Assembly: GCA_013001595.1 (NCBI GenBank) | Contig: JABDMH010000075.1 | Span: 12,193 to 76,192, forward strand | Direction of reading: 5' to 3' | Origin: Saprospiraceae bacterium | GTDB lineage: Bacteria; Bacteroidota; Bacteroidia; Chitinophagales; Saprospiraceae | Length of the DNA stretch: 64,000 bases | Part shown: positions 9,701 through 20,015 of the stretch, piece by piece | How positions within the stretch are numbered: the stretch's first letter is position 1 | How the letters are laid out: each line of letters opens with the position of its first letter | Position numbers and translations under genes: made by a program | The notes under the pieces: model-generated | What the model was told of the DNA's origin: nothing | What the model saw: the letters and a program-made list of their open reading frames with translations, nothing else | Databases searched by the model: none

Positions 9701-10582
9701 ATGAAAAATTCACTTTGTTTGTTGCTTCTTGCTGCCCCATTTTCTTTACAAGTTATGGCACAGAAAGAAATCAAGATTGTTAGTTACAATATTCTAGAAG
9801 GACTTGGAAATGTAGAAAGTTACGGTGAGGGAAGGCATAAGCGCTGTGTGAAATGGCTGCAGAATCAAAACGCCGATGTAATTGCGCTGCAAGAATTGTA
9901 TAAAAGTGAAGAACAGTTGTCTGCAGATGCTAGAGAATGGGGGCACAAGTACTATGTAAAAGCTAGTTCTATTGGATTATCTTCCAAAGAACCTATTCAA
10001 TTGGTCAAAAAACACAAAACGGGTCTGCGGCATGGTGTCTTACATTGTAAGACCTATGGAATCGAGTTCTTGGTGATCCATCTTAGTCCGACAGATTGGA
10101 AGTATCGCTTGCTTGAAGCAGAGATCATTCGAGTAATTGTTGATTCCATAAGACAAAGAACAAATAACTATATCCTACTGGGCGACTTTAATGCTCATTC
10201 TCCCTTTGATGCGGAACTCTACAAGCAAAACCTTGAGCTAATTCAAAAGTATAAAAAAGGAACTCCAGATAATACCAGTCCAAATCTGGTAGGTGATTAT
10301 CCCGATTACAGCGTAATGTCTTCATTCTATTCATTTCCTTTAATAGATATTACTGAGCGATTTGTTCCATGGTACAGTCGAAAGACATTTCCAAGCCCAA
10401 TTCTAATTGGCGTATGGCGAACAGCAGGTAATATTGGCCGAACGCCAGAGCGCATTGACTACATTCTGACTACTCAAGAGATGAGTCTAAACTGTAAACA
10501 GGTGAAGATCCATAGCAATGAAGAAACCGATCATATCTCTGATCATTATCCACTAGAGGCAATTTTCGAACTGGAAAGATAA
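9701..10582 (+). CDS. Endonuclease/exonuclease/phosphatase (EEP) family protein, secreted
   Basis: Signal peptide, followed by IKIVSYNILEG..., DVIALQEL, LLGDFNA and the C-terminal SDHYPL motif characteristic of the EEP fold. Confidence 0.8.
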   Translation: MKNSLCLLLLAAPFSLQVMAQKEIKIVSYNILEGLGNVESYGEGRHKRCVKWLQNQNADVIALQELYKSEEQLSADAREWGHKYYVKASSIGLSSKEPIQLVKKHKTGLRHGVLHCKTYGIEFLVIHLSPTDWKYRLLEAEIIRVIVDSIRQRTNNYILLGDFNAHSPFDAELYKQNLELIQKYKKGTPDNTSPNLVGDYPDYSVMSSFYSFPLIDITERFVPWYSRKTFPSPILIGVWRTAGNIGRTPERIDYILTTQEMSLNCKQVKIHSNEETDHISDHYPLEAIFELER

Positions 10583-10869
10583 ATGCCAGCCATCGGGATA
10601 TGGACTTCTCAGAACACAAGAGTCAAAACAGGCCAGTACTTTGCCTTAGAGAGGTCGCTCGAGGTTCAAAGGAAAATCAATCGATTCGAGCCTATATGAA
10701 CTCATAATAAATTGGCAATTCTCCAACGAATTCAAAAAAAGGTGTACAGCAAAGGCTTGACGATAAATATCCAAGATTAACCAAATACATATCGAATTAG
10801 GCAATTATTACTTTCTTTATCATTAGTATTACATCGATAAATGTTTGTGCCGAATGAGAAATTAGCATA

Positions 10870-12510
10870 ATGCAAAAAACCAATATAAGATCGACTCTGG
10901 TCTCAGTGCTACTTGTTCTGACTATTCACTTCAATCTGCATTCAGGAGCACCTTACACATCTGATGACCTAGGTAAATACACATCATACGTCAAAGAATG
11001 TCTGGACATTCTAATGGAGCACGGAGTTGACAGGTACGGAGAGGTGCATGCTCCTATGCTAGTTAGCATTCTTGATGTAGAGACACGCACCTGCCCTTCT
11101 ACTCCTAAGAAATTAGACGAGTATTTTCGTGTCACTCGACGTGACAGACGCAGCCCTGGCGGATCCAATCTACTCACTGATCAGCCTACGCTGAAAGCCA
11201 TGTATGCGCTCACCAATCTAACTGGCAATAGCGATTATGCTGCATTTGCAGACCACTATTCCAGCTACGTCTTGAAGCATCTGGTCGATGATCAAAGGTT
11301 CTTCTGGTGGGGTTGGCATCGTCATTATGATGTCTTCAAGGACAGTAGGGAAGGCCACAATCCAAACATGGCAAAATGGGGCAAAAAAGTTATTCCACAT
11401 GAAATTCATGCAATTAACGGCATTGCATGGGATCGGTTGTGGGCGGTTGGAAAGGACGCTGTCACAAAAGAGATCGAGGCCATCTGGAAGTGGCATGTCA
11501 TCGATAAAGAGTCTGGGGAAATTAACCGCCATGGCGATGGCAACAAGGGCTGTGATTTCTCGATGTCCGGTGGTGCATTCATTGAGGCTTTCGCTTTTAT
11601 GTATTCCCAGACGAAAGATCAGCAATGGCTCAACCGTGCAAGATTGATTGCCGAATATTATTGGAAACGAAAAAATCCCAAAACCCATTTGCTTCCGGAA
11701 CGACCAAACGCTGGGAAGAAACGATTCGACGGGTCCAGTTTCGTCACCTCCATAACGGGATTGTATTGTCACTCCCTATTGAAAGCCTACGATATAACGG
11801 AAGAAGCCAGTTTCCGGGACCACGCCCTAGCCTATTTGAAGGCATACGCAAAATTCGGATATGACGAGAATTCTGGGAAATTCTGGGGTGCGCTGCAAAT
11901 GGATGGCACACCTATCCCGGGACCTCGCATCTATACCGAGAACATTGATTCTGAAGATGGGTACGCAGCTGCCCAACCACGGGGACATCTGGATTTATGG
12001 GAACCATATGTTGCAGGATACCAGTACCCCATCTATACAGCTCAGGCATATGCTTATGCCTATCATCTGACAGGTGATCCAGATATGCTGGAGGCAGCCA
12101 AACGATTCGCAAGCTGGATCAACAAGACATCTCCGGGAACCATCGAATCTGAGCACACTTGGTACAGTTCATATTCTGAGGGACCGGGACGAAAAGGGAC
12201 CTATGCCGGAAAATACGGCCGCACGATATCCTTCCTTTTGCATTTGCATGTGATTACTGGAGAGCATAAGCACCTTGGTAGTGCCCGTGCACTGGCGGAT
12301 ACGGCTATTGGGAAACTCTACCACAATGGGCTCTTTCGAGGTCATCCTGCCAAGCCTTATTACGAGGCCATGGATGGCGTGGGATACCTGCTGTATGCAC
12401 TGCTACAACTTGATCATGTCCTGGATGATCCTAAAGCCGTGGTGGCCCAGAAAAACAGCATTGCGACAACCGCCAGTCAGGAGACAGTGATTGATCTAGA
12501 CAACTGGTAG
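10870..12510 (+). CDS. Secreted hypothetical protein, alpha/alpha-toroid-like (possible glycan lyase/hydrolase)
   Basis: Long clean 546-aa ORF with a signal-like N-terminus. It is rich in aromatic-helix repeats (FFWWGWHRHYD, GGAFIEAFAFMY, YPIYTAQAYAYAYHLTGD). Function is not recognised with certainty. Confidence 0.6.
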   Translation: MQKTNIRSTLVSVLLVLTIHFNLHSGAPYTSDDLGKYTSYVKECLDILMEHGVDRYGEVHAPMLVSILDVETRTCPSTPKKLDEYFRVTRRDRRSPGGSNLLTDQPTLKAMYALTNLTGNSDYAAFADHYSSYVLKHLVDDQRFFWWGWHRHYDVFKDSREGHNPNMAKWGKKVIPHEIHAINGIAWDRLWAVGKDAVTKEIEAIWKWHVIDKESGEINRHGDGNKGCDFSMSGGAFIEAFAFMYSQTKDQQWLNRARLIAEYYWKRKNPKTHLLPERPNAGKKRFDGSSFVTSITGLYCHSLLKAYDITEEASFRDHALAYLKAYAKFGYDENSGKFWGALQMDGTPIPGPRIYTENIDSEDGYAAAQPRGHLDLWEPYVAGYQYPIYTAQAYAYAYHLTGDPDMLEAAKRFASWINKTSPGTIESEHTWYSSYSEGPGRKGTYAGKYGRTISFLLHLHVITGEHKHLGSARALADTAIGKLYHNGLFRGHPAKPYYEAMDGVGYLLYALLQLDHVLDDPKAVVAQKNSIATTASQETVIDLDNW

Positions 12511-13089
12511 ACAAAATTAGCCTAAGGTCTTAGCCCAAATGAAGCGATGAGTGTAGTGTGACACAAGAGACACTTTCTTCTACCCGTGCGCGCTAATCGC
12601 AATATGTTTCGCAGTGCCAGCATCAACTCTAAACATGGTGCAGTTAAGGGAAGCACGAGCATTCGTTGCTATTGGCCAACCAAATTGAAACCGTTGAATT
12701 GAACGTGCTCTCCAAATTATCATAAAGTGGCTCTTCCCAAATTATTCAGGATCTAGATGAGGTGCTACCATCGGATTGCAAGCACAAATCAGCGAATTGT
12801 AAGTATCAATGAAAAGCCATGTTTTACAAATACAAAGAGTTTTGCTAAGAGCCATCATTATACCACTTTCACCAAGAGAAATAGGTGTAGCGCCATTCCA
12901 GGGATTCTCCATTTCATTGAGCATCAGGCTCTACAGAGCAAACCATGGCCGCTCATAAGACACCTAAAGCAAGCACTCAATTAATATCGAAATAACGTAG
13001 TGCCATATTTCTCAAGTTCTTAGCCTAACTGACACTCCTCATGGTGAGTCAAAACGAGGAAGCTGGTCGATCTATTCATCCTAATCGGA

Positions 13090-15510
13090 TTAGTTAACTC
13101 TACGCTTTTCATCTTCCAGACCAGTTTGACGACTTCTAGCTTTCTTTACCTGTGTATTGCCAAAGTTGTAGGTTAATGTGGCTCGAAACTGTCTACTCTC
13201 CCACCCTCCTGACACCATGACATTTAGCGCACCAAAGCTATTTGCTCCAGACCAATCCTGTGTCTTAAAGACATCCGTTAGTGCAAATTTCAAGTTGGCC
13301 CGATCCTTAAAAAGTCGCGTTTGCAGCCCTAAGTCCATAGCCCACATCGCATCGGTACGGAAGTTTCCACCCCAGAGTCCTGGGGAGTTATAGAACCCGG
13401 AGACCTCCAATTTCAACCCTTTTGGCAGGAGAAAAGTGTTCTGTCCATAAAATGTGAACACATTGGCAGATAAGTCGATGATCTTTGTCCCACCAAAATT
13501 GGCTTTATTACTGACTCTATAGGCTGTCATATTGGAGTATACACTCCACCATTTGTTCACAGAAAAAGGATAGCTTACCGCCAGGCTAACATTTTTCTGT
13601 TTGGCCAGGTTGACCTTAGAAATAAATGTTGCCTCTCGACTGAATGTATCCGTAATTTCTGTTATTAAGTCAGTGGTAACGCTGTAGGTGAGTGTTGTAT
13701 TTAATTTTTGTTTATAGGTATGGCCCAAGGAAAAGCTATTGCTATATTGGGGATTTAGAAAGGCATTACCTCTTTGAAAAGTCAATTCATCCAACTTGAA
13801 TTCAAATGGATTTAGGTCTTGATAATTCGGTCGATCAATACGTCGGCTATAATTCAGTCGCCAGGCACTTTTGTCACTGGGAGTAAATGTAATGCCGCCG
13901 CTTGGAAAGAAATCAACATAATCTCTTTCGACTAGTTCATCATTATTGGATTGAGCAGAATTAAGATCCCCAAGGGAATGTGAGTGCTCCATGCGTATGC
14001 CAGCCATAAAATTGAATTTTCCTCTTTGAAAGTTATATGTAGTGTAGGCCGCATTAATATTCTCCTTATAAATAAAATTGTTGCTGCGGTCAATGTTCTC
14101 AATTTTCTCGGCATCGATCACATCAAAGAAATCAAAGGTATTGTCTGTAGTAACATAAGAGAGCTTTCCGCCCACACCCCACTTCCCATCCCAAAGGGAT
14201 TTTTCATAATCGACCTTAAAAGTGTATACTTCGATGTCAGTTGGAGTTAGGCTGCTGAATATACGTTCATCCATCAACGAGGTTTCCGAGGCATCCAGGT
14301 AAGTATTAGGTTGGTAAGAGCTGCCATTATTTCGAAATAGTCCAAAATCCGCATCAACACTCAGCGAGGTTCCTTCTACTCCCTCGAAAAAATAATTGGC
14401 ATTCGCATTAAAATTATCACGTTGCTGCTCCATATCATTTGTGGCGATTAGATATCCACTAGTAATCCCGGTTGTAAGCGGAAAGATTCTAGTTCTAGAC
14501 CTATTATGCCAATCTCCCGAAGACAAGGCACCATTAACTAAAAAGCCCAAGGTACTTTTCTCATTCAAAAACAAATCTGTCCCAATTCGGTAGCTGTGTC
14601 TTGTTCGATCGGAAACCATATTAGCCCTCGTATCAAATCCCTGACCCACTTGTTCTCTAAGAATGAGATTATAACTTCGATATTGTCCCAAACTATTTCC
14701 ATATCGACCAAACAAATTCAAATGCTTGTTGTGGTGATTGAAACTCAGGTTGTTATTTGCCTTCGCCGTAGTCCCTTGCCGAAAGCTTGAAGTAACGGTC
14801 GCATTGGTTCCTAATCCCTGGTCTTTTTTAATACGAATATTAATGATACCGGCGTTGCCTTCCGCTTCATATCTGGCGGACGGATTGGTGATGATTTCAA
14901 AGGCATCTATTTCGTTAGATTGGATAGATTTCAGGTAATCGGCCAAGTCATCGGCACTCAGGGGTGACTTCTTACCATTGATATAAATCTTGACCCCGTT
15001 TTTGCCTTGCAGCAGCACCCGTTCATTATTGTCAACCACCACACCAGGAGCCTTTCTAAGCAATTCTAGCGCATCGCTTCCAGCCGCGTTAATACTGCCA
15101 TCTACATTAAAAATCGTCTTATCTGGTTGTATCTCAATCAAAGGCCTCGCTGCCTTAACTACCACCTCACCGAGCTCTTCAGCTTGCTCAATTAAGATCG
15201 CTGACTCCATTGTAAGGTCCTGGCCCTCGACCACCTCAATGGTTTTCGACCAGAATGGTTTGAATCCTACATAGGTGATCTTCAGTTGATAGGTGTCCGC
15301 TTCGAGTTTATCGAAAGAGAATGCGCCATTCAGTTCTGAAAAATTGGCCTTGACCAAGGAATTATCTACAGAACGGTACAGCACAATGGTGGCATAGGAG
15401 ATTGCTGAATGATCAATACCGACTACCTTTCCAGAAATACTGGAAGTACCTTGAGCCAAGCTTGAAAGAAAGCTGATGAGTAGAATTAGGCCGGATATTA
15501 GATATTTCAT
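13090..15510 (-). CDS. TonB-dependent-receptor-like outer membrane protein (CarboxypepD_reg domain + plug + beta-barrel)
   Basis: Signal peptide MKYLISGLILLISFLSSLAQG, a carboxypeptidase-regulatory-like domain (ISGKVVG...TYQLKITYVGF), a plug-like segment (ALELLRKAPGVVVDNN...ITNPSARYEAEGNAGIINI), and a C-terminal barrel ending ...LTYNFGN. ATG at 15510 is preferred over TTG at 15531. Confidence 0.85.
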   Translation of the reverse strand: MKYLISGLILLISFLSSLAQGTSSISGKVVGIDHSAISYATIVLYRSVDNSLVKANFSELNGAFSFDKLEADTYQLKITYVGFKPFWSKTIEVVEGQDLTMESAILIEQAEELGEVVVKAARPLIEIQPDKTIFNVDGSINAAGSDALELLRKAPGVVVDNNERVLLQGKNGVKIYINGKKSPLSADDLADYLKSIQSNEIDAFEIITNPSARYEAEGNAGIINIRIKKDQGLGTNATVTSSFRQGTTAKANNNLSFNHHNKHLNLFGRYGNSLGQYRSYNLILREQVGQGFDTRANMVSDRTRHSYRIGTDLFLNEKSTLGFLVNGALSSGDWHNRSRTRIFPLTTGITSGYLIATNDMEQQRDNFNANANYFFEGVEGTSLSVDADFGLFRNNGSSYQPNTYLDASETSLMDERIFSSLTPTDIEVYTFKVDYEKSLWDGKWGVGGKLSYVTTDNTFDFFDVIDAEKIENIDRSNNFIYKENINAAYTTYNFQRGKFNFMAGIRMEHSHSLGDLNSAQSNNDELVERDYVDFFPSGGITFTPSDKSAWRLNYSRRIDRPNYQDLNPFEFKLDELTFQRGNAFLNPQYSNSFSLGHTYKQKLNTTLTYSVTTDLITEITDTFSREATFISKVNLAKQKNVSLAVSYPFSVNKWWSVYSNMTAYRVSNKANFGGTKIIDLSANVFTFYGQNTFLLPKGLKLEVSGFYNSPGLWGGNFRTDAMWAMDLGLQTRLFKDRANLKFALTDVFKTQDWSGANSFGALNVMVSGGWESRQFRATLTYNFGNTQVKKARSRQTGLEDEKRRVN

Positions 15511-15842
15511 GTCTGCATATTTAGGTTTCAAATGATACCATCAATTTGTGCATGTTGTATACCTATTGGACGCACCTCCAGGGCTGTAGGTTACACCACA
15601 TGCCATGTTATCTATAAAACAACTGAAGTCATAGATGAAAGACACTTTTGGGACTATAAGGAGCGCGATTAGGACCAGCAATAGGGTCTTTTTCTTACAT
15701 CGGAATCACTTCCGGCTCCAACTTCTATCTACATAGATGTGCTCAGTTCATGAAAGTTTACAATCCTATTTTCTGGCTTGTAGTGTTCATAGGAATGGTT
15801 TCCATTAGCTGCAGCCAGCAATTCCTTCGACCTTTAAAATAA
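15140..15842. repeat. Copy A of a diverged ~700-bp direct repeat (5' end of OMP gene + divergent intergenic region + 5' end of 315-aa-protein gene)
   Basis: Hand alignment with 16360-17051. The OMP N-termini align over ~113 aa, with about two thirds identical. The intergenic blocks (e.g. ggacgcacctccagggctgtaggttac vs ggacgcaactacagggttgtaagttac) and atgaaagttt...cagcaat(t/c)ccttcgaccttt are shared. The offset is ~1.22 kb. Confidence 0.8.
15750..15842 (+). pseudogene. 30-codon remnant of a paralog of the 315-aa secreted protein gene
   Basis: MKVYNPIFWLVVFIGMVSISCSQQFLRPLK* matches the first ~29 codons of ORF 16966-17913 (MKVCTSIFWLLFLAGMWTSGFGQQSLRPLG). Similarity then ends at a stop. Confidence 0.65.
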
Positions 15843-16228
15843 AAGATCCTGCAACATACATTTTCCAGTTAAGATGTAAAGTTGGTAGTGGCCTGAAAAG
15901 GCACCTCTTTGTGTATACCGGAGTACAGTTCTCTTGCATGCATTTACCAATTAAATATCCACAGCAATAAGAGGATGCGCTCTCTGGGTGTGTCAGAGAA
16001 CAGTTCCCCCTGCTCACGCTATCTAAATCTCAATCTGATTTCTGAATACACGCAGTAAAGGCATGCTGCTCTCCTCGATTGCACACATTATTTACAAAAA
16101 TGGAAAGAGGGAAATGACAGATTATTGATGGAAATCTGTATGAGGGATTGTCATGATTTTATTCAAAAAGCCGCCAATCCGAAGGTTGTCCTTAAATTAA
16201 CCCCCGGTTTTACCCGGGGCAAAATATT

Positions 16229-16250
16229 AGACCCCAAATGGGGTCTTTTG
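16229..16250 (+). terminator. Terminator-like hairpin (stem agacccc/ggggtct, loop aaat, T-tail)
   Basis: Read directly: agaccccaaatggggtctttt. It is preceded by a second GC hairpin, ccccgg-ttttac-ccgggg, at 16202-16219. It lies in the unique spacer between the two repeat copies, and no intact gene ends here. Confidence 0.4.
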
Positions 16251-16359
16251 AGATCCCCATTCAGAAAGAATTCGGGGCTGGCAAGAAGGGAATCCTGTCA
16301 ACTACCGTTATTCAACTGAATAAATGCCCCTTATGAAGTCTGTCATAGGCAGCATTTCC

Positions 16360-17051
16360 GAAAGCACAGGTTCCCTTAATCTACTGCCTAGTCGAGCACT
16401 TCAGCTAGCTCAACTAAGATGGCCGACTGGATCGTAAGGGTCTGTTCCTCCCCAAGCTTAATGGCTTGCGACCAGAATGGTTCAAATCCCAAATGTGTGC
16501 TCTTAAGTAGATATGTATCCGCTTCGAGTTCATCGAAAGAAAATGCGCCATTCAGTTCCGAAAAATTAGCCCTAAGCAGGGAAGTATCTGCGGCTCGATA
16601 TAGCATAATGGTGGCAGAGAAGATTGCCGAATGATCAACACCGACTACTCTTCCAGATATACTGGAATTACCTTGAGCCGAGCTAGAAAGAGAGGTGAGT
16701 AGGAAAAATAGGCTGGCGAATAGGTATTTCATGGCTACATCTTTAGTTTTCAAATTACAAGATCAGTTTGTACATGTCGCATACCTCTTGGACGCAACTA
16801 CAGGGTTGTAAGTTACGCCCCATGGGATGATATCTATAAAATACCTTTTATCATAGATCAATAAAGCCCGTGGGACTATAGGAAGGCTGATTGGCACAAG
16901 TACTTGGTTCTTTTGCTTACATTAGAATACGTTTCCAACTTTATGTAAATTGATTCTCTCAGCTCATGAAAGTTTGCACTTCTATTTTCTGGCTTTTATT
17001 CCTCGCAGGAATGTGGACCAGTGGCTTCGGCCAGCAATCCCTTCGACCTTT
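16360..17051. repeat. Copy B of the diverged ~700-bp direct repeat
   Basis: See copy A. The boundaries are approximate and were set by eye. Confidence 0.8.
16388..16732 (-). pseudogene. Truncated paralog of the OMP gene: signal peptide + CarboxypepD_reg-like domain only (114 codons)
   Basis: MKYLFASLFFLLTSLSSSAQGNSSISGRVVGVDHSAI...ANFSELNGAFSFDELEADTYLLK... aligns with residues 1-113 of the 13090-15510 product and then stops. No plug or barrel follows. It might still be expressed as a small secreted domain. Confidence 0.6.
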
Positions 17052-17913
17052 GGGATTAGTCCAGAAATCGTCGGCCATCCTGTCCGTAGGAGACTTGAGA
17101 GTAACTTTCGTGGATAACCAGGCTTATGGTGATCATCACCGAGCCGGATATAATGGCATTGCCTCCTTGATCCATATCGAGGAAAAGGAGTCACCCTTCG
17201 TTTCCCGATATGCAGGTTTCAATCTGGAACACATATTCGGTGGTGACACACTAGAGAAACTGTTTGAACCACGAATACATCCAATGGAGTTGTTTCAAGT
17301 TGATAGCAATCAGGTCTTGTTGTATCAATCTCCCACGCCATTGTCCAATGTGGAAAGCCTAACTTCCTTTACGGTAGTAGCACCCCACTACATCGATGTG
17401 AATTTTAAATGTAAGATCCAACAAAGTGGCTTCTTTCGGCACAACTATGCCGGGTTATTCTGGGCAAGTTACATTCAAACGCCGGATGATCCCAACATCT
17501 ATTTCAAAGGATATGAGGGTAATGAAAGTGAGCCAACATGGCAAAGTACCTATTCCCCAAAACATGGTCAGGCAAGTACTCACCGGAGTGCCAGTGACCA
17601 TCAAGACCTATATTTCCATCCCGATTTTAATGCCCCATTAGCTAGCCATTTTTCAGATTATCGCTATTCTCATCCATATTATTATGGTCGGTACAAACAA
17701 ATGGTCCTGGCCTATTTTTTTGATGCTACTCAAATTATTCGGTTTTCTCAATCTCCTACCGGTGGTGGCAGTGGCAACCCGGCTTGGGACTTTCAATTCA
17801 TGATACCCAACTTTATCTCAGATAAGGCATATTCTTTTAAGGCCCGTTTGGTATACAAGCCCTTTAAGGATGTGCAAGACATAGATTCAGAATACCTCCA
17901 TTGGAAGAATTAA
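16966..17913 (+). CDS. Secreted hypothetical protein (315 aa)
   Basis: Clean ORF with signal peptide MKVCTSIFWLLFLAGMWTSGFGQ. No family recognised. It is divergently paired with an OMP-type gene in both repeat copies. Confidence 0.7.
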   Translation: MKVCTSIFWLLFLAGMWTSGFGQQSLRPLGLVQKSSAILSVGDLRVTFVDNQAYGDHHRAGYNGIASLIHIEEKESPFVSRYAGFNLEHIFGGDTLEKLFEPRIHPMELFQVDSNQVLLYQSPTPLSNVESLTSFTVVAPHYIDVNFKCKIQQSGFFRHNYAGLFWASYIQTPDDPNIYFKGYEGNESEPTWQSTYSPKHGQASTHRSASDHQDLYFHPDFNAPLASHFSDYRYSHPYYYGRYKQMVLAYFFDATQIIRFSQSPTGGGSGNPAWDFQFMIPNFISDKAYSFKARLVYKPFKDVQDIDSEYLHWKN

Positions 17914-17982
17914 ACGCAACCTTTCAACCAGTACTCTGTCAAGCAAAATATTGTCAAGAAGTGCACTACGGCGTCACCATAT

Positions 17983-18300
17983 CTATTCAAGATCCAGGGA
18001 CGGGAATTCAATCAAATCTAGGTAGGGATCCAATATAGATACACTTTGGAAACACCTAATGTCATCAATTTCATTGTATTCGCTGTGATGGGATACTTCC
18101 ACATAGAAACTTTCAATACCATATAGGTTCACATAGCCTTGCTCAGTTCTACGTGTACAAAGATAGACGCCTTGATTCCACACGGTGGTGGCTCGATCGT
18201 TCAGCGGAAGTGAAACAAATTCATACAGCTCCATATGATGTTCACTGCATAAATCATTCCAAATCGTTATATGTATCACTCTAAGATGCAATCCCTTCAT
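17983..18300 (-). CDS. Small hypothetical protein (105 aa, or 83 aa from MELYEF at 18234)
   Basis: ORF with coding-like composition. The core ELYEFVSLPLNDRATTVWNQGVYLCTRRTEQGYVNLYGIESFYVEV resembles small conserved Bacteroidota hypotheticals (from memory only). Confidence 0.5.
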   Translation of the reverse strand: MKGLHLRVIHITIWNDLCSEHHMELYEFVSLPLNDRATTVWNQGVYLCTRRTEQGYVNLYGIESFYVEVSHHSEYNEIDDIRCFQSVSILDPYLDLIEFPSLDLE

Positions 18301-18488
18301 TCTGAATCGTCATTTACTCCAGTGATCACCGTTCTAACAGAATCATTGCATTTCTACACTATGAATGTTACAATCAGGCGCCTAAATATTGTTGCCAATG
18401 GAGATCAGCGTACCTGCAAAGAATGATACCGATGGGGATAGCGCCCATTGGATCGCCACAATCTGTATCTTTAATACAAAACGTAAAT

Positions 18489-20015
18489 ATGAGGTTGAAC
18501 CTATTGATTTTATGCGCAGGAACGATAAGCTTAAGCTTATTCTTTGGCTGTAACGATAAAAGGTTGGACAAGAAGCCTGGCGGCACCAACCTCCCCAATT
18601 TTGTCCTGTTAATGGGTGATGATCATGGCTGGGACGAAGTTGGTTACAACGGGCATCCCTTCGTGAAGACTCCGGTGCTAGATGAAATGGCGAGCATGGG
18701 CATGCGTTTCGACCGATTCTATTCAGGGCACCCGAGTTGCTCACCTACACGTGCCAGCTTTTTGACCGGGCGGCATCCTAATCGCTATGGTACCTTCTCA
18801 CCCAACTGGTCGATCCGCCCGCAAGAAATCAGCATTGCACATATGCTCAAGAAAGCCGGATATCGCTCAGCGCATTTTGGTAAATGGCATGTAGGACCAG
18901 TTAAAAGTACGTCTCCGATCTCTCCGGGAGCCATGGGCTTTGATGAGTGGCTTTCGCACGATAACTTCTTTGAACTTGATCCGGTACTATCTAAAAATGG
19001 TAATGAACCGCAAAAGATTGACGGTGAGAGTTCAAAGGTCATCATTGACGCAGCGATTCGATTCATGGAGCAAGCGCAGGCAGATCAACAGCCATTTATG
19101 GTGGTCGTCTGGTTTGGTTCTCCCCATGAGCCATATTCAGCCCTACCAGAAGATCTAGCGTTCTACGATAACCTGCCAGATACACTTAATCAAGATACGG
19201 TCAGACTTACGTCTAATGAAACAGGACGGTCCACACGCCGACCATTGGGAGCAGTCTTGCAAGAACGATATGCCGAAATTACCGCCATGGACCGGGCAAT
19301 TGGAGATTTGAGAAATCATTTGGTGCAGAATGATCTACGGGACAATACCTTGCTGCTGTATTGTGGTGATAACGGCACACCCTCTAGTGCCGGCAGAACC
19401 GGAATGACCATCAGAAAGGATAAAGGGTCACTATATGAGGGAGGGATCCTGGTGCCCGGTGTGATCGAATGGCCTGCCGTGATTTCAAAACCAGCGGTCA
19501 ATATAAACATGGCCGTTACAAGTGATATTTTACCCACGATCGCAGACATTACCAAGCAACCAATCCCAGATCGGCCCCTCGACGGCGAGAGTCTTTTGCC
19601 ATACCTGCTACAACCTCAAAAGGAAAGGACCGAGCCCATCTTCTTCTGGAAGTTCAATATCGAAAACGCCTTCAGTGATTCCCCGAAACCATACATCGAT
19701 CCAGCATTGCAAGAGGGCACCACACCACTTGCCAAAATGATGGCGGGAAAATATACACGTACGTTCAGGAATTATGTCTATTCAGAGGCTTCTGCAAATG
19801 ATTTGGTGGGTGAAAGAGCCATGGTGACCAATAAATTTAAGCTGGTTTTAGAGGGTGATGTATCCGATGGATATGAATTGTACGACTTAGAAAATGATCG
19901 TGCTGAGCAAGTAAATGTAGCAGCAAAATATCCAGAGCTGGTGAAGCAAATGCGAGGTGAGATGAAATCATGGCAGGAATCTGTCTTGCAAAGTCTTACC
20001 GGAGCAGACTACTAA
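18489..20015 (+). CDS. Sulfatase (formylglycine-dependent), lipoprotein-like leader
   Basis: Sulfatase signature CSPTRASFLTGRHP, an N-terminal LLMGDDHGW metal-site motif and GKWH. The leader MRLNLLILCAGTISLSLFFGCNDK has a lipobox-like Cys. ATG at 18489 is preferred. Confidence 0.9.
   Translation: MRLNLLILCAGTISLSLFFGCNDKRLDKKPGGTNLPNFVLLMGDDHGWDEVGYNGHPFVKTPVLDEMASMGMRFDRFYSGHPSCSPTRASFLTGRHPNRYGTFSPNWSIRPQEISIAHMLKKAGYRSAHFGKWHVGPVKSTSPISPGAMGFDEWLSHDNFFELDPVLSKNGNEPQKIDGESSKVIIDAAIRFMEQAQADQQPFMVVVWFGSPHEPYSALPEDLAFYDNLPDTLNQDTVRLTSNETGRSTRRPLGAVLQERYAEITAMDRAIGDLRNHLVQNDLRDNTLLLYCGDNGTPSSAGRTGMTIRKDKGSLYEGGILVPGVIEWPAVISKPAVNINMAVTSDILPTIADITKQPIPDRPLDGESLLPYLLQPQKERTEPIFFWKFNIENAFSDSPKPYIDPALQEGTTPLAKMMAGKYTRTFRNYVYSEASANDLVGERAMVTNKFKLVLEGDVSDGYELYDLENDRAEQVNVAAKYPELVKQMRGEMKSWQESVLQSLTGADY

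Noticed and set aside
12511-13089. 580-bp gap with ORFs 12742-12924 (-) and 12757-12984 (+), considered as a hidden gene, ncRNA or gene remnant
   Set aside because: The two ORFs overlap each other on opposite strands, and neither translation is recognisable. I see no convincing secondary-structure or repeat signal, so it is left unannotated.
15511-15749. Riboswitch or Bacteroidota TAnnTTTG promoter in the conserved OMP leader/intergenic block
   Set aside because: The block is conserved between the two repeat copies, but I cannot match it to any riboswitch consensus I know. The candidate -7-like strings (tatcatttg, taatttg) are off by one base from the consensus and lie too close to the ATG.
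16125-16319. 64-aa ORF in the spacer between the repeat copies
   Set aside because: It starts at a non-ATG-rich region, is largely encoded by GC palindromes, and has no recognisable motif. It is treated as structured noncoding DNA.
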